Of a stretch of DNA of 64,000 nucleotides, positions 30,509-40,370 are shown one piece after another; positions within the stretch are counted from its first letter, which is position 1; every line of letters begins with the position of its first letter. Under the pieces are notes generated by a model that did no database searches, had not been told where the DNA came from, and saw only the letters and a program-made list of their open reading frames with translations. The stretch is from an uncultured virus (IMG/VR IMGVR_UViG_3300037541_000797). Its lineage: Duplodnaviria > Heunggongvirae > Uroviricota > Caudoviricetes. The stretch lies in IMG/VR virus record IMGVR_UViG_3300037541_000797. One strand, given 5' to 3'. The translations under genes were made by a program, and so were the position numbers.

Positions 30509-31450
30509 TTAGCCCTTATCGACGTAAGTGATCGATTTGGGGTAGTAGGGAGCAAAGCCACCAGATTTTGATTCTCCATTCACGATGAAGGCAAGATTTC
30601 GGGGCTCGGGCGGCAGCAACGTGAGCGGGAGGGAAATATGAAATTCCAGCTTCGCCGGATCTCGCTTGTAGTAGATCATCCGCTTGGCCGTCAGATTACC
30701 AAAGCTCTTACCCAAATCCAATTCGTTGATTGGCTCTACATTCTTGATCGTGCCGTTGGTTTTGAGGAAAAACTCCAGCACAGTGGTGTCACTGTTACTG
30801 CTTCTGGGGGTGGTGCTTACCCTGCGCCAATCGCTAAAGGGCAGCAGCAGCGTATCTGGAGTTTCGACCATTCCGGTCAAGCTGCCCTGGTAGGTAATGC
30901 CCTCACAAAGCAGGGAGTTCATCTGGTCGGGTGTGATGCTAGGCGCATCAAACCAACCGTCAGTGGCGGTGCCCGTGACCACCAGGCGGTCCACGGCCGG
31001 GTGATTGAAAAATCCTCGCAGTCCAGTGCCGGCATAGCCAAACAGGCAGGTGCGGTGCATCCGCTCCTCATAGGCCATGCGCATTGCGTCTATGCGGCGC
31101 TGCTGAAGCGGTATTTTGCTGAATTGCGCCTTTCGCACCTCATCGGTGGTGTATTTCGTTGCGCCACCAAACTGGCGAATAGTGTTGATAACCTCGCCGC
31201 GCTTTACATCAGACATGGGCAGGTCGTCGGCAGCATCGGCCACCAGATCAAAATCGCCTACGCGGTCGAATAGGTCATACTTATAGGTTTCGGCGCCTGG
31301 ATCCAATTCAAAGCTTACGGGGACGATCCGGGCGTAATGGTACTCCGGGTACTGTTTCTCAAATGAGCGGTTGAGATTCTGACGCAGTTCGTTTTCAAGA
31401 AAGATGCCGGCCGCGGCCTGGGCATCCTGTCGGGTTTGGCTGTAGCCCAT
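30509..31450 (-). CDS. Major capsid protein (DUF2184 family)
   Basis: GAETYKY..FDRVG...ADDLP...GLRGFFNHP...PDTLLLP; N-terminal RQD-A. Confidence 0.85.
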   Translation of the reverse strand: MGYSQTRQDAQAAAGIFLENELRQNLNRSFEKQYPEYHYARIVPVSFELDPGAETYKYDLFDRVGDFDLVADAADDLPMSDVKRGEVINTIRQFGGATKYTTDEVRKAQFSKIPLQQRRIDAMRMAYEERMHRTCLFGYAGTGLRGFFNHPAVDRLVVTGTATDGWFDAPSITPDQMNSLLCEGITYQGSLTGMVETPDTLLLPFSDWRRVSTTPRSSNSDTTVLEFFLKTNGTIKNVEPINELDLGKSFGNLTAKRMIYYKRDPAKLEFHISLPLTLLPPEPRNLAFIVNGESKSGGFAPYYPKSITYVDKG

Positions 31451-31495
31451 TGGAGAAATAGTGCGATTGGATAAATGGGGAATGCAGTCGGTTTC

Positions 31496-32062
31496 TTAGT
31501 CGGCGGTGAAGGTGAGCGCTGCGGGTGTGTTGATTTCCACCATCACCACACCATTAGCGGCGGCGGCTTTGCGGATGGCCCAGCCACCAGCAGCCAACAG
31601 CAGGCTGTTGCCGGCGCTAGCCGTGACACCCCAACGGCCAATATTGGTGCCGGATTTGAAATAACGCAGGGTGGTGCCCACGGGGATGGCTTCCCACGCA
31701 TCGAAATAGATCACGCCACGGGTGAGAATGTTCACGGCCCGGCCATCAGGGATGCCATCGGCATAGGCGGGCGATGAATCGGGGCCACCGCGCTCAAATG
31801 CGGCAGTGCGGGCGGAGATCCCCAGGATGGCCCCTGCCGTGGTGCGAGTAATCACCGAGTTGGGCAGCAGACCCGATCCATTGGCAGCCAGCGGCACGCC
31901 GTAGAGCAGCCGGCTGCCGGTTTCATTGTTGCCCGTGAGGGTGGTGGTGGTGGCGCTGGTGGCGATTTGGCCCGGCAAGCCACGATCGGCCTGGGCCGTG
32001 TAGCTGATTTGAGCGCCATCATCAACGGATGATGCGTTGGTGGTAAAAACAAGAGGGGACAT
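31496..32062 (-). CDS. Head decoration/cement protein
   Basis: GLPGQIA...YGVPL...AVNILTRGVIY; between scaffold and capsid genes. Confidence 0.7.
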   Translation of the reverse strand: MSPLVFTTNASSVDDGAQISYTAQADRGLPGQIATSATTTTLTGNNETGSRLLYGVPLAANGSGLLPNSVITRTTAGAILGISARTAAFERGGPDSSPAYADGIPDGRAVNILTRGVIYFDAWEAIPVGTTLRYFKSGTNIGRWGVTASAGNSLLLAAGGWAIRKAAAANGVVMVEINTPAALTFTAD

Positions 32063-32116
32063 GCGATCTCCAGTGTGGGTTTGCTAAGGGCCAATCAAGT
32101 AGCCGTCAAGTAGCGA

Positions 32117-33454
32117 TCAGGGCACGTGATTCATCAGGGGCTGCGTTGAGGCGGCGGCGGTGGCCGCCTTGTAGGCCGCCAAGCCGTCATTGCGGTTGCC
32201 GCCGGAGCGGCGGGCCTTGCCCAACAGCAGGGCCAGGCCTGTGGAGCTGTCCAGCGGCTGGCCATCGGCCCGCTCCGTCATGGCATCGAAGGTGGCGGCC
32301 ACGTATTCGTCCGATTTGCCATCCAACCGATCGGTTTCGTAGCCAACGGCATTCAGGGCCTCCAGCTGGATTTCACGGGCGCTTTTACCGGCGGAATCAA
32401 TCCGCTCGCCCGTCATGGCGTGGGCCTTCTCCAGCAGCTCCACCCGTTCGCTCACCAGCGCATTGAACTGGTCGGCATCCAGCCGCTCGCCTGGCTGATC
32501 AGCGATCTCGCCCTCCAGCTCATCCAGGCGGATGGATAGAGCGTCGAGGCGTCCAAGATCGGCTTCGTGCTGGGAGATACGGGCGGCCAGGGTCGAGCGC
32601 ACCCGGTCGTATTCAGCACGCGGAACGCTGTCGTTGCTGTCGCGGCGGCCGGGGGCCCGCCTGGTACGGCTTTTGGGCGCCACGGGGGGATCCATCACCT
32701 CCTCTTCCATCCCCTCCTCATCGGGGTCTTCTTCCATCTCCTCCTCCATCTCTTCCTCCATGACAGGTGGCATGGGCTTTTTGCCGTAGCCATCGCTGCG
32801 GCTGGAAAATTCAGTGCTCATGTGGTTGCCCTCCGGGGCAGATAGGGAATCAAATTGATGGCAGTCCACCGATTCGGCCCAGTCGGTGACATCGGCCGAA
32901 TCCAGGTGCAGGGCCACCCGGCGGCCATCGGTGGGTGCACCGGCGTCGTTGGAGCGCCCCCGGCGCGTCACCGCCAAGTGGTTGCCGGAGATGCGGCGTT
33001 GCACCGCGTCGTAGCGGGTGCCGTCTGGGGCGACGCCAGGGGTGCGGTCGATTTCCACCCGGTAGCCCACCGAGAGCTCCGTTGCATCGCCCCGCTCCAC
33101 CGCCTCAATCAACTCCCGATCGGTGATCGTGACGACACCGCTGGTGAACCCGTTGTCGTAGGTGACGTGAGTGCCGGTGGAGCCCCGCTGATATTCGCGG
33201 GCATTGTCCGGTGTCAACAGGGTGGGCGGATGCTCATGCGTGACCGGCAACCCTCCCAGCGAAAGGATGCTGTCGCGATGCGCAACCTCGCTTTCGGGGC
33301 GGTACTCAACCACCGTGCTGCCGTCCTGCCGGCGGTAGGTCTGGCAGCCAGTGCGCGAGAAATTGCCGCGGGCCTGCAGAAAGCCCTCTGGAGTTTTGCT
33401 CCAGTTCGGGCCGATTGCGCCCCGATCAAATCTCAGCTCATAGGCCACAGGCAC
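32117..33454 (-). CDS. Prohead protease-scaffold (DUF2213)
   Basis: TPEGFL...RTG.Q.Y...EYRPESEV...PVTHEHP...ELSVGY...GNHLAV..RGR; acidic coiled C-terminal half. Confidence 0.85.
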   Translation of the reverse strand: MPVAYELRFDRGAIGPNWSKTPEGFLQARGNFSRTGCQTYRRQDGSTVVEYRPESEVAHRDSILSLGGLPVTHEHPPTLLTPDNAREYQRGSTGTHVTYDNGFTSGVVTITDRELIEAVERGDATELSVGYRVEIDRTPGVAPDGTRYDAVQRRISGNHLAVTRRGRSNDAGAPTDGRRVALHLDSADVTDWAESVDCHQFDSLSAPEGNHMSTEFSSRSDGYGKKPMPPVMEEEMEEEMEEDPDEEGMEEEVMDPPVAPKSRTRRAPGRRDSNDSVPRAEYDRVRSTLAARISQHEADLGRLDALSIRLDELEGEIADQPGERLDADQFNALVSERVELLEKAHAMTGERIDSAGKSAREIQLEALNAVGYETDRLDGKSDEYVAATFDAMTERADGQPLDSSTGLALLLGKARRSGGNRNDGLAAYKAATAAASTQPLMNHVP

Positions 33455-33517
33455 GCTGATCTCTGTGGCCAGGCTGAGGCAATCCGCCCATCCTGGGGTG
33501 AATTATTCCGCCATGGA

Positions 33518-33748
33518 ATGCAATCAGCCATCGCCCCTGCTTTTTACGTGCGCGGAGTGCTCGGGGGCCGCATGCGCAACCTGCGCCACCAGCGCAACCT
33601 CACCCAGGCCCAGCTGGCGGAAGCAATCGGCTGCCAGCAACCATGGATCGCAAAACTGGAGCTGGGCCAAGCTGCAGCCGCCCCGGAGCAGCTGCGGGCC
33701 ATCTGCCAGGTGTTGGGGGTTAGCGCCGACCTGTTGCTGATGCTCTAG
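33518..33748 (+). CDS. XRE-family HTH transcription regulator
   Basis: LGGRMRNLRHQRNLTQAQLAEAIGCQQPWIAKLELG...LGVSADLL; ATG 33518. Confidence 0.85.
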   Translation: MQSAIAPAFYVRGVLGGRMRNLRHQRNLTQAQLAEAIGCQQPWIAKLELGQAAAAPEQLRAICQVLGVSADLLLML

Positions 33749-33845
33749 CCAGGGGCCGGGCCAGACCATTTTCCTGGCGCCAGGAAAATGGTCTGGTGGT
33801 CCTGCAGGGCAAGGGCGACTATCTGGAAATTCCAAGCAGTTGCCC

Positions 33846-33905
33846 TTGCCAGATCGTTACGGGCGTGTTACCATTCATGCACCGGGGCCGAGGGGCCCCA
33901 CCACC
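33846..33905 (+). promoter_or_regulatory. Sigma70 promoter cassette (family A) with 5' hairpin
   Basis: TTGCCA-17bp-TACCAT, extended -10 TG; GGGGCC-GAGG-GGCCCC; repeated at ~54297, 58899(-) and 59236(-). Confidence 0.8.
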
Positions 33906-33915
33906 AACACGGAAA

Positions 33916-34239
33916 ATGACTGCATCAACGGCTACTGCCGTACTAGCAACTATCCCTGCTGCCGGCAGAGCCAAGCGCACCACAGTTGGCGGAGCTGAAA
34001 AGCAATTACGCAGCCTGGAGCAGCAGACAAATAATTTTGACATTAAACAACTGGCGTATGGAGTGCTTTACTCTGACGCAACAGGGCGGACTTCTGGCAC
34101 TATTTCGATGGCAATTCGTCGCGCTACACCGTGGCAAGCAGCTCAGTTAGTGGCAGCCATGATGCGAGATGGGCTGACCATGACTTCCGAAGTGCCGGCT
34201 TGGATGAACAGCAAAGCCCTGGCCGTCCTAGCTAGCTGA
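33916..34239 (+). CDS. Hypothetical accessory protein
   Basis: ATG 33916 just after the promoter cassette. Confidence 0.65.
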   Translation: MTASTATAVLATIPAAGRAKRTTVGGAEKQLRSLEQQTNNFDIKQLAYGVLYSDATGRTSGTISMAIRRATPWQAAQLVAAMMRDGLTMTSEVPAWMNSKALAVLAS

Positions 34240-34309
34240 CCCCATCACGGCCCGCCGGGAGCCTATCCCGGCAACCTGTAAACCATTTTTCATCACTCAC
34301 AAACCAGCC

Positions 34310-34792
34310 ATGTCTACTGATCCCTGCTCCCTCTACCACGGATTCAAGCGCATTAACGAGCGCGGCTGTAATGTCAAAGTTAACGGCTCCCTGTATAACG
34401 TTGACAATCCAGACGAGTTCTTTGTTGCCGTCTGGTCGATATTCAAGCTGCCAAATCTCCTGGATCGTGCGGCCTATCTAGCAGCCTGTGCAGAGCTAGG
34501 CGTGACGCCTCTAGAGGATCATCAAACTACTCAGTATGTAATCGGAAACTACGACCTGGGCACTTATTTCGCAACTGCCGAGTCTCGCCGACAGCGTGGG
34601 ATCCCCAACACGCTGCACCAGCGCCGTGGATTTGTTTTCAAAGCCGAGCAACGTGATGCTGCAGCTGCTCAAATCCCGGTCGCAGCTGTGCCGCGCATGA
34701 GCGGCGAGCTGTGGGAAGCGTGCACGGGCTGCGGTGCGCAGCCCGTGCACATGCCTCTGCATTTGTGCCGGGGATGCTGGCCCAATGCCTGA
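34310..34792 (+). CDS. Hypothetical accessory protein with C-terminal CxxC...CxxC
   Basis: WEACTGCGAQPVHMPLHLCRGCW. Confidence 0.65.
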   Translation: MSTDPCSLYHGFKRINERGCNVKVNGSLYNVDNPDEFFVAVWSIFKLPNLLDRAAYLAACAELGVTPLEDHQTTQYVIGNYDLGTYFATAESRRQRGIPNTLHQRRGFVFKAEQRDAAAAQIPVAAVPRMSGELWEACTGCGAQPVHMPLHLCRGCWPNA

Positions 34793-34851
34793 CACCACCA
34801 CGGCCCGACGGGAGGCTATTCCGGCAACCCATCCATTCTGCGAATTTATCC

Positions 34852-35103
34852 ATGGTCAACCAACTGCCAAAAGACGACCGGGGCGCCTGGATTCAGTGTT
34901 ATCCAAGCTTTGTTCAAGTCACACTGGTAGGTGGTCCACTTGATGGCGAGGTTTGCGGTGGTGTTGACCCTTACACTGAGTCTATCGTAGTCCCCTTTCG
35001 CCACACAAGTGGCCAAGGCCACTATTTATACAAGAGAAATTACGGCTACCCACCTCCACCCAGCTACCCATTCCAGTATGCTGGAATCGCAGACAGCATA
35101 TAG
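34852..35103 (+). CDS. Hypothetical accessory protein
   Basis: ATG 34852; LVGGPLDG motif common in small phage proteins. Confidence 0.55.
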   Translation: MVNQLPKDDRGAWIQCYPSFVQVTLVGGPLDGEVCGGVDPYTESIVVPFRHTSGQGHYLYKRNYGYPPPPSYPFQYAGIADSI

Positions 35104-35300
35104 ACAGCATACCGCCCAAAAGACCTTAACACGCCCTGCGGACTGACCCATGCCTGACACCACCGCCACGCCCTACACTGGCCCTGGGGTCGGGTTGACC
35201 CATCTTCCGCAAGGGGGGCGCCGTGGCCGATTTTTGTTGGGGTCGGTCTGAAACGGTCCTAAAGCCCGGCTCCACCAATTGCAAGGCCGCGGCCTCAGCT

Positions 35301-35477
35301 TTACCGCTGGGGCCGTTGCCATTTGGTGGATGCTGTGGCCGTCTTGGTGGCGGGCTTGGCTGCAGGGGGCACGGGCTGCATACCGCAATCCTGCATCCGG
35401 GCCCGGAACGCCTCGCGGGCGGCGGCATCGCTGGGAGTGGTGGCCGGGATCGGGCGAGCGGTGCGGCGGATTTCCAT
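35301..35477 (-). CDS. Small RMQDxG protein downstream of ART-1 (candidate immunity/inhibitor)
   Basis: MEIRR...FRARMQDCGMQPVPP; paralogue at 40234..40368. Confidence 0.6.
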   Translation of the reverse strand: MEIRRTARPIPATTPSDAAAREAFRARMQDCGMQPVPPAAKPATKTATASTKWQRPQR

Positions 35478-35537
35478 GGCGCCTGAAGTTGTAAGGCTGG
35501 CTTGCAAGTTGCCACGCTAGGCCCCCTGCCGCTTGTG

Positions 35538-36470
35538 TCAATCGAGCTCCACGTAGATGGTGGCCCCCTGGCGCCGCACGCGCCGCACGGTCTGCGCTGT
35601 GCCCCGAGGCAGGATCGATTCCCGCTCTTTGCGGTAGCCGGAGATGGCACTGATGCCGGTGATGGCCTGGCTGCGGCTCACCAACACGATCGCTGGGGCG
35701 GGGCCATTGGCCTCCGCATAGATGGCCGCCACTCGCCGGTCGTCGGAATAGGAGCCGTAACCCTGATCCGCAAATTTCTCACCAGGCCTGGCCTTGAGCA
35801 ATTGCTGGTACAGGCGTTCCATCTGTGGATCCTTCACGGCCAGGCCCCGATAAAACTGTGCCCCCTCTATGTTCTTGGGCAATTTTTGCAATGCGGCATC
35901 AAAATCTGCTGCCATGGCGGCGGTGGCCTTTTTTTGGCGGCAGCTGGCCGGCTGTCGCAGGCAGCGGTTTAGCGCTGATGCCGCCCGAGGCCCTCTGGTG
36001 ATGGCGCTGTAATCGAAAACCGCTTGGCGTTCTGCCGCGGCCAGGTTGGTGGCCTGCTGCAGCTGATCCCGCTGCTGGCGCTGTTGGGCGGTGGGCAGCG
36101 GGAAGGCCTGCTTAATCTCCGCCGCCGTGATCGCCGCCACTGGAGTGCGCTGGGGGGCCCTCGCCTGGCGGCTGCTTCGCAGCTCGGTTGCGTGCTGGCT
36201 GCGCCGCTGTTGCAGGTTGGCCGCCATGGCCACCGCAGCCGCCTGCCCGGGCACACCTAACCCTCTGGGTGCCACCTCGCCCCGGGCCAGCTGCTGCAGC
36301 CGCTTGAGCCGCTCCTTGCTGATCGAGCTGCCAGGCCTGGCCCTGCACTCCTTCTGAAGGCTGATGCAGCTGTTGCCGCAGCTGTAACCGGTCTGGCAGC
36401 GCTTTCTGGCCGCATCGATACGGGCCCCAAGGGCGGCAAACCGGGCATTGAGGTCAGTGCTCACCGCCAT
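35538..36470 (-). CDS. ADP-ribosyltransferase (R-S-E, VIP2/C3-like) with RxD/Cys leader
   Basis: FYRG, GYGSYS and ERE motifs; N-terminal RIDA..CQTGYSCGNSCISLQKECR. Confidence 0.85.
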   Translation of the reverse strand: MAVSTDLNARFAALGARIDAARKRCQTGYSCGNSCISLQKECRARPGSSISKERLKRLQQLARGEVAPRGLGVPGQAAAVAMAANLQQRRSQHATELRSSRQARAPQRTPVAAITAAEIKQAFPLPTAQQRQQRDQLQQATNLAAAERQAVFDYSAITRGPRAASALNRCLRQPASCRQKKATAAMAADFDAALQKLPKNIEGAQFYRGLAVKDPQMERLYQQLLKARPGEKFADQGYGSYSDDRRVAAIYAEANGPAPAIVLVSRSQAITGISAISGYRKERESILPRGTAQTVRRVRRQGATIYVELD

Positions 36471-39007
36471 GAATCAGCCCTTGGGCAGTTGCCGGCGGCG
36501 GCGGGCTTCACTGCTGAGCCGGTCTGGCACTTCCGACGCAGAGCGTCGATCCGGGCTTCCAGGGAGTCGGCCCAGGGCTGCTTGCGCAGGCCTACGGCCT
36601 CCAGCCCCGCCGGCACGGCATCGACCCGGTGATTGGCGGCTGCGGCCTGGCGTGCCTCCTGGATCAGCCGCTGAATCCGCTCTTCCCGGCTGTCGGTGCG
36701 GCGCGTCATGCCGGCAAAAGTGTTGGTGCCAACGGCTTCCATCAGCTCATCGAAGGCCGGCGCCATCTTCGCGATCTGCTCCTTGGTGGGCCACAGGGGG
36801 CTCTCACCGCCGATGCCCGAGAGGTAGGTGTTTTCCTGCCCCTTGCTCCTCAACTTGTGCTGCACGTACCGCTCGAAGGTCCTGGCGAACACCTCACGGC
36901 CTGATGTCCAATATTTCCACTGACCGGTCGTTGGCTTGATGCCATGACCGTAGAGGCCATCTTCCAGGGTCCGGGGGTAGTCGCTGTCCTCATAGATGGC
37001 CTTGCGCACACCAGCCATGGCTTTCCAGACAGGATCGTTTTCTTGGCTGCTGGTGATGCCTCTGGTGCTATCCCAGAACTTGTCGCTTGTTTGCTCGCTG
37101 AGGTAAATGTCGCCGGTCTTTGCAAACGATTGCCCTCGTGGAGTCCGCGCCCCTATGTAGTCGTCGAGCGCGTGTCCCCATTCATGGGCCAAGGTGCCGA
37201 CGCCGTTCTTGCGGGTGATGTTGATCACCTTTGTGCCCGGTTCGTAGTGGGCTGAGGCCCGTCCCTTGCCCCTGGCTCCAAAGGCCAGGCCCAGCTGACC
37301 GTCCAGGGAGATGGCCCGATCGGGAAGGCCGGTCACGTCCGCCAGGTCCACCAGGGCCTCTGCGGTCTTGCGCAAGTGGTGGGCCCGCTCATCGTCAGTA
37401 ACGCTGTTGCCAAACTGCAGGCCCCTCATCCCCATGCGATTGGCCAGCACCGCCGTGGATCCGGCCGGCGTGTCATCCACACCCAGGGCGCGGCCGCCGG
37501 TGCGTTTTGCCCGCTTCACGTAGAGGTCCGCAGGGTTGATGGTCACCCCGCCACGCTGCACCCCGGTGACCTTGTCGATCGACGCGCCACCCACAACCTC
37601 CTCCGTGGCGTTGCGCATCACATCGGCCAGCTCGGCAAGGCTCTTCCCGCCGTTGGCCTTTCTGAGGCGGAGGCCAAGGGTGTTGATCTGCCCAGTGATG
37701 GACGACTTGGCGTAGCCACCTTGGCTCGCCTTCTTTGTGAGGTCCACCAGGGAGTTGGCCAGAGGGTTGAAGTTATCAGCGGTGCCCTGGGATTGATCGC
37801 CCCTGATGGCCCTAATCCGATCGACGGTCGCCCTGGCAATTTCCGAAAGCATGTTGCGGGGATTTGCGTCGTCCCGGCGCTTGTCGATGATGCCCTTCAC
37901 CTGCTGCAGGTGGTCGTAATAGAGCTTGCGCATCTCGGCCGGCGTCTTTTTGCCGCCGATCTGGGACCGGTTGTAGGCCGAGAAGGCTTTGTCTGTGTAG
38001 GGCTGCGCAGGGAAGGCCTTCAGCGCCAAGTGGCCGGCCAGGCGGGTGAGGTAGTTGGCGTTGGTGATGCCTTCCGTTAGATCAAGGGGTTCCGCCTTCA
38101 GGAGCTTGTCCCGGGTCACCAGGGCCTCGGCCGTCCCCTCTGCTTCTGCTTCTGCCAGGGTTCGCCAGGCGTTGCGCTTGTGGCGGGCGGAGCCCTTCAA
38201 ATCCTCTCCGACGTTGCCCACGGCCGAGGCTCGGGCAAACTCATAGTCAGGGTCGCCTGCTTTGGCGGCCCGATCGGCCTCTCCCCTGGGCGTGCCGGCC
38301 GGGGCCATGCCGGTGCTGGTGTTGGAGGGGGGCGTAGCTGCCTTGGCTGCTGCGGCCGCGGCCGCCTGGGCCTTCTCAGCCGCCGCCTGTTGGCGGGAGC
38401 TCTTCAGCAGGGCTGCCTTCTCGCCCCGTCGTGCGCCGATCGCCCCGGCCAGCTCACCGGCCTCCTTTTGCCGCACCGGGGCGATCCCCCGCTGGGAAGA
38501 GGCCCCGCCAGCAACAAGTTCCCGCAGCCGCTTCAGCCGCTCTTTCCCGATGCTGCTACTCGGCCTGGCCCGGCATTCTTTGCGCAGGCTGATGCAGCTG
38601 TTGCCGCAGCCATAGCCCCTGCTGCAGCGCTTTTTGCCGCCAGCCCCTGGAGCATCAAGACGCAGCCCTGACGATCGGGTCGCCAGGAAACCAGCGCTGC
38701 GGGCCTCCCATTGCCCCTGGCTCAGCCCATCCCAGGCGGGGCGATAAGCGATTTGAGTGGCGTCACAGCGGAACTTGAACACCAGCCCATCGGCTGCCAT
38801 CTGCCCCGCCACCAGGCCCGGCCGGGGCCGATCCCAGCTCAACACCGCAGCGCCAGGCAACAGCTCCCCCAGCGCCTGGGTCAGCAGCTGCACCACTGGA
38901 TCCGCCGATCGCCCAACGGCCGCGGCCACCGGTGCTCGATGCGCCGCACTGAAGCTGGCGGAATCCAGTCGCGCCAGGCGGGCTTCCAGCTGAGCAAGTG
39001 TCAGCAA
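36461..39007 (-). CDS. Polyvalent protein: RxD/Cys leader + zincin metallopeptidase + LPD1-like domain
   Basis: GLQFGN...LGLAFGARG...AHYEP...INIT..NG.GTLAHEWGHALD; YWTSGREVFARTFERYV. Confidence 0.8.
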   Translation of the reverse strand: MLTLAQLEARLARLDSASFSAAHRAPVAAAVGRSADPVVQLLTQALGELLPGAAVLSWDRPRPGLVAGQMAADGLVFKFRCDATQIAYRPAWDGLSQGQWEARSAGFLATRSSGLRLDAPGAGGKKRCSRGYGCGNSCISLRKECRARPSSSIGKERLKRLRELVAGGASSQRGIAPVRQKEAGELAGAIGARRGEKAALLKSSRQQAAAEKAQAAAAAAAKAATPPSNTSTGMAPAGTPRGEADRAAKAGDPDYEFARASAVGNVGEDLKGSARHKRNAWRTLAEAEAEGTAEALVTRDKLLKAEPLDLTEGITNANYLTRLAGHLALKAFPAQPYTDKAFSAYNRSQIGGKKTPAEMRKLYYDHLQQVKGIIDKRRDDANPRNMLSEIARATVDRIRAIRGDQSQGTADNFNPLANSLVDLTKKASQGGYAKSSITGQINTLGLRLRKANGGKSLAELADVMRNATEEVVGGASIDKVTGVQRGGVTINPADLYVKRAKRTGGRALGVDDTPAGSTAVLANRMGMRGLQFGNSVTDDERAHHLRKTAEALVDLADVTGLPDRAISLDGQLGLAFGARGKGRASAHYEPGTKVINITRKNGVGTLAHEWGHALDDYIGARTPRGQSFAKTGDIYLSEQTSDKFWDSTRGITSSQENDPVWKAMAGVRKAIYEDSDYPRTLEDGLYGHGIKPTTGQWKYWTSGREVFARTFERYVQHKLRSKGQENTYLSGIGGESPLWPTKEQIAKMAPAFDELMEAVGTNTFAGMTRRTDSREERIQRLIQEARQAAAANHRVDAVPAGLEAVGLRKQPWADSLEARIDALRRKCQTGSAVKPAAAGNCPRADSWR

Positions 39008-39094
39008 TGGCGGCAGGTTTTAACGCTGCGCCAGTCTGCGGCAATCTGCTGCGGTGCAAGCGATCAACGCCTGCGGCCTGGCAGGCCGTCTGAA

Positions 39095-40237
39095 TCAGCC
39101 TAGATCCGCTCCTTGCGGCTGTCGGTGTGGCGGCACTTGCGCTCCGAACTCCGGCAACTGCAATGCCGCATCAACAAACAGCCGCTCGTCTTCATTTTCG
39201 ATGCTATCCATCCTCTGAGGTTTTGCAATTTTGCCTCCCTTCACCAATGCAATGCCGAGCGGCTTATCATTAGCCTTTGAGCCACTTGGGAACTGAAAGC
39301 CTAAGGCTTTGTACATTTTCATGCGTTGCTCCCCTAAGCCGTCAGAAGCGAACGCGCTACATGTTACCAGGGAGCCATCTGGCAAGCCTTTGAGTATTTC
39401 GGCTGCCTGGCGGAATACGGCTCTAGCTACGTCTGCCCTATTAGAAGTTGACAGATTGGTGCGGCGGCGAGACCAGCCGACGGTATCACGGCTTGGACCC
39501 GTCATGAAGTCTATGTTTATGGCTTTAATTGATGGGGATTGACGATCGCTGCTGGATAGCTCAATCAAGGGTTTAACCCCAACTTGTCTGCCAAGGGCTG
39601 GGACTCTGCTGTGGATATCGTATAGCGCTCCCGGCCACCACTCAGCCTCGGGATCGGTTATCGACTCACGGCGCTGGGCTGGCTTTTTAAGTGAAATATC
39701 ACCCGTTTTGCCTTGAATTTTGGCGTAGATTGATACGGGTTTACCTGCGGCGTCTTCTGTTTCTATTTTGATTTCTCGGGTAATGCTATCCTTGGTCGTT
39801 CTTGCCTTTAATACGTTGATTTTTGTTTTTGACTTTTGATTTTTGGCTTTTTCTTCACTGGTGGCTTTTGGTGGCGCCGCGTTCTTGGCCTTTTTTTGCT
39901 GAGCGATAGGCTCTTTGCCACCACTGCCCTTGGCCATGGCAGCCGCGCTGCTTTGGCCAGCGGCCGGCAACATCAGTAGCTCTTTGAGTCGGGCGGCCTT
40001 CTGCGGGTTGCCCTTGACCCTGCAGGTGCGCCCCTTGGCGATGCAGGTATTACCGCAGGCCAGCCCCCGCACGCATTTTTTGGGCGCATCAAAGCGCACC
40101 AGGCCTTGCTCTGCGGCCAGAAACCCATCCAGCCGGGCACCGCTCCAGCCGTAGAAGGCCGTCAGGTAGCTGCGCGATGCCGCCAGGTGCTGCCGGTCAA
40201 AGGCGGCATCGGGATCAAGGCGGGAGGCGGTGGTCAT
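39095..40237 (-). CDS. RxD/Cys leader protein with GNAT-like C-terminal domain
   Basis: Shared 127-aa leader; RMKMYKALGF resembles GNAT motif B; C-terminal RMDS. Confidence 0.6.
   Translation of the reverse strand: MTTASRLDPDAAFDRQHLAASRSYLTAFYGWSGARLDGFLAAEQGLVRFDAPKKCVRGLACGNTCIAKGRTCRVKGNPQKAARLKELLMLPAAGQSSAAAMAKGSGGKEPIAQQKKAKNAAPPKATSEEKAKNQKSKTKINVLKARTTKDSITREIKIETEDAAGKPVSIYAKIQGKTGDISLKKPAQRRESITDPEAEWWPGALYDIHSRVPALGRQVGVKPLIELSSSDRQSPSIKAINIDFMTGPSRDTVGWSRRRTNLSTSNRADVARAVFRQAAEILKGLPDGSLVTCSAFASDGLGEQRMKMYKALGFQFPSGSKANDKPLGIALVKGGKIAKPQRMDSIENEDERLFVDAALQLPEFGAQVPPHRQPQGADLG
39857..40237 (-). repeat. Leader-coding direct repeat, copy 1 (~381 bp)
   Basis: Near-identical to 40974..41354 and partly to 41848..42162. 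Confidence 0.9.
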
Positions 40238-40368
40238 CGATCAGAGGGCGAAACAGGGGGCGGGGGGGGCTTGTCTTCCTTGGCGGGCAGAATTTCAAAG
40301 CCCACGTCCTGCATACGCCGGCCTAAGCCGCTTTTGGCCGTTGAATTTTCTTTCCTGTTGTCAGGCAT
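40234..40368 (-). CDS. 44-aa RMQDxG protein downstream of ART-2 (candidate immunity/inhibitor)
   Basis: Manual translation MPDNRKENSTAKSGLGRRMQDVGFEILPAKEDKPPPPPVSPSDR; starts 2 nt after the ART stop, ATGA-coupled to the next gene. Confidence 0.7.
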   Translation of the reverse strand: MPDNRKENSTAKSGLGRRMQDVGFEILPAKEDKPPPPPVSPSDR

Positions 40369-40370
40369 GG

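Noticed and set aside
32855..33517. N-terminal part of the 297-aa + ORF
   Set aside because: Antisense shadow of the protease gene; only the HTH from 33518 is credible
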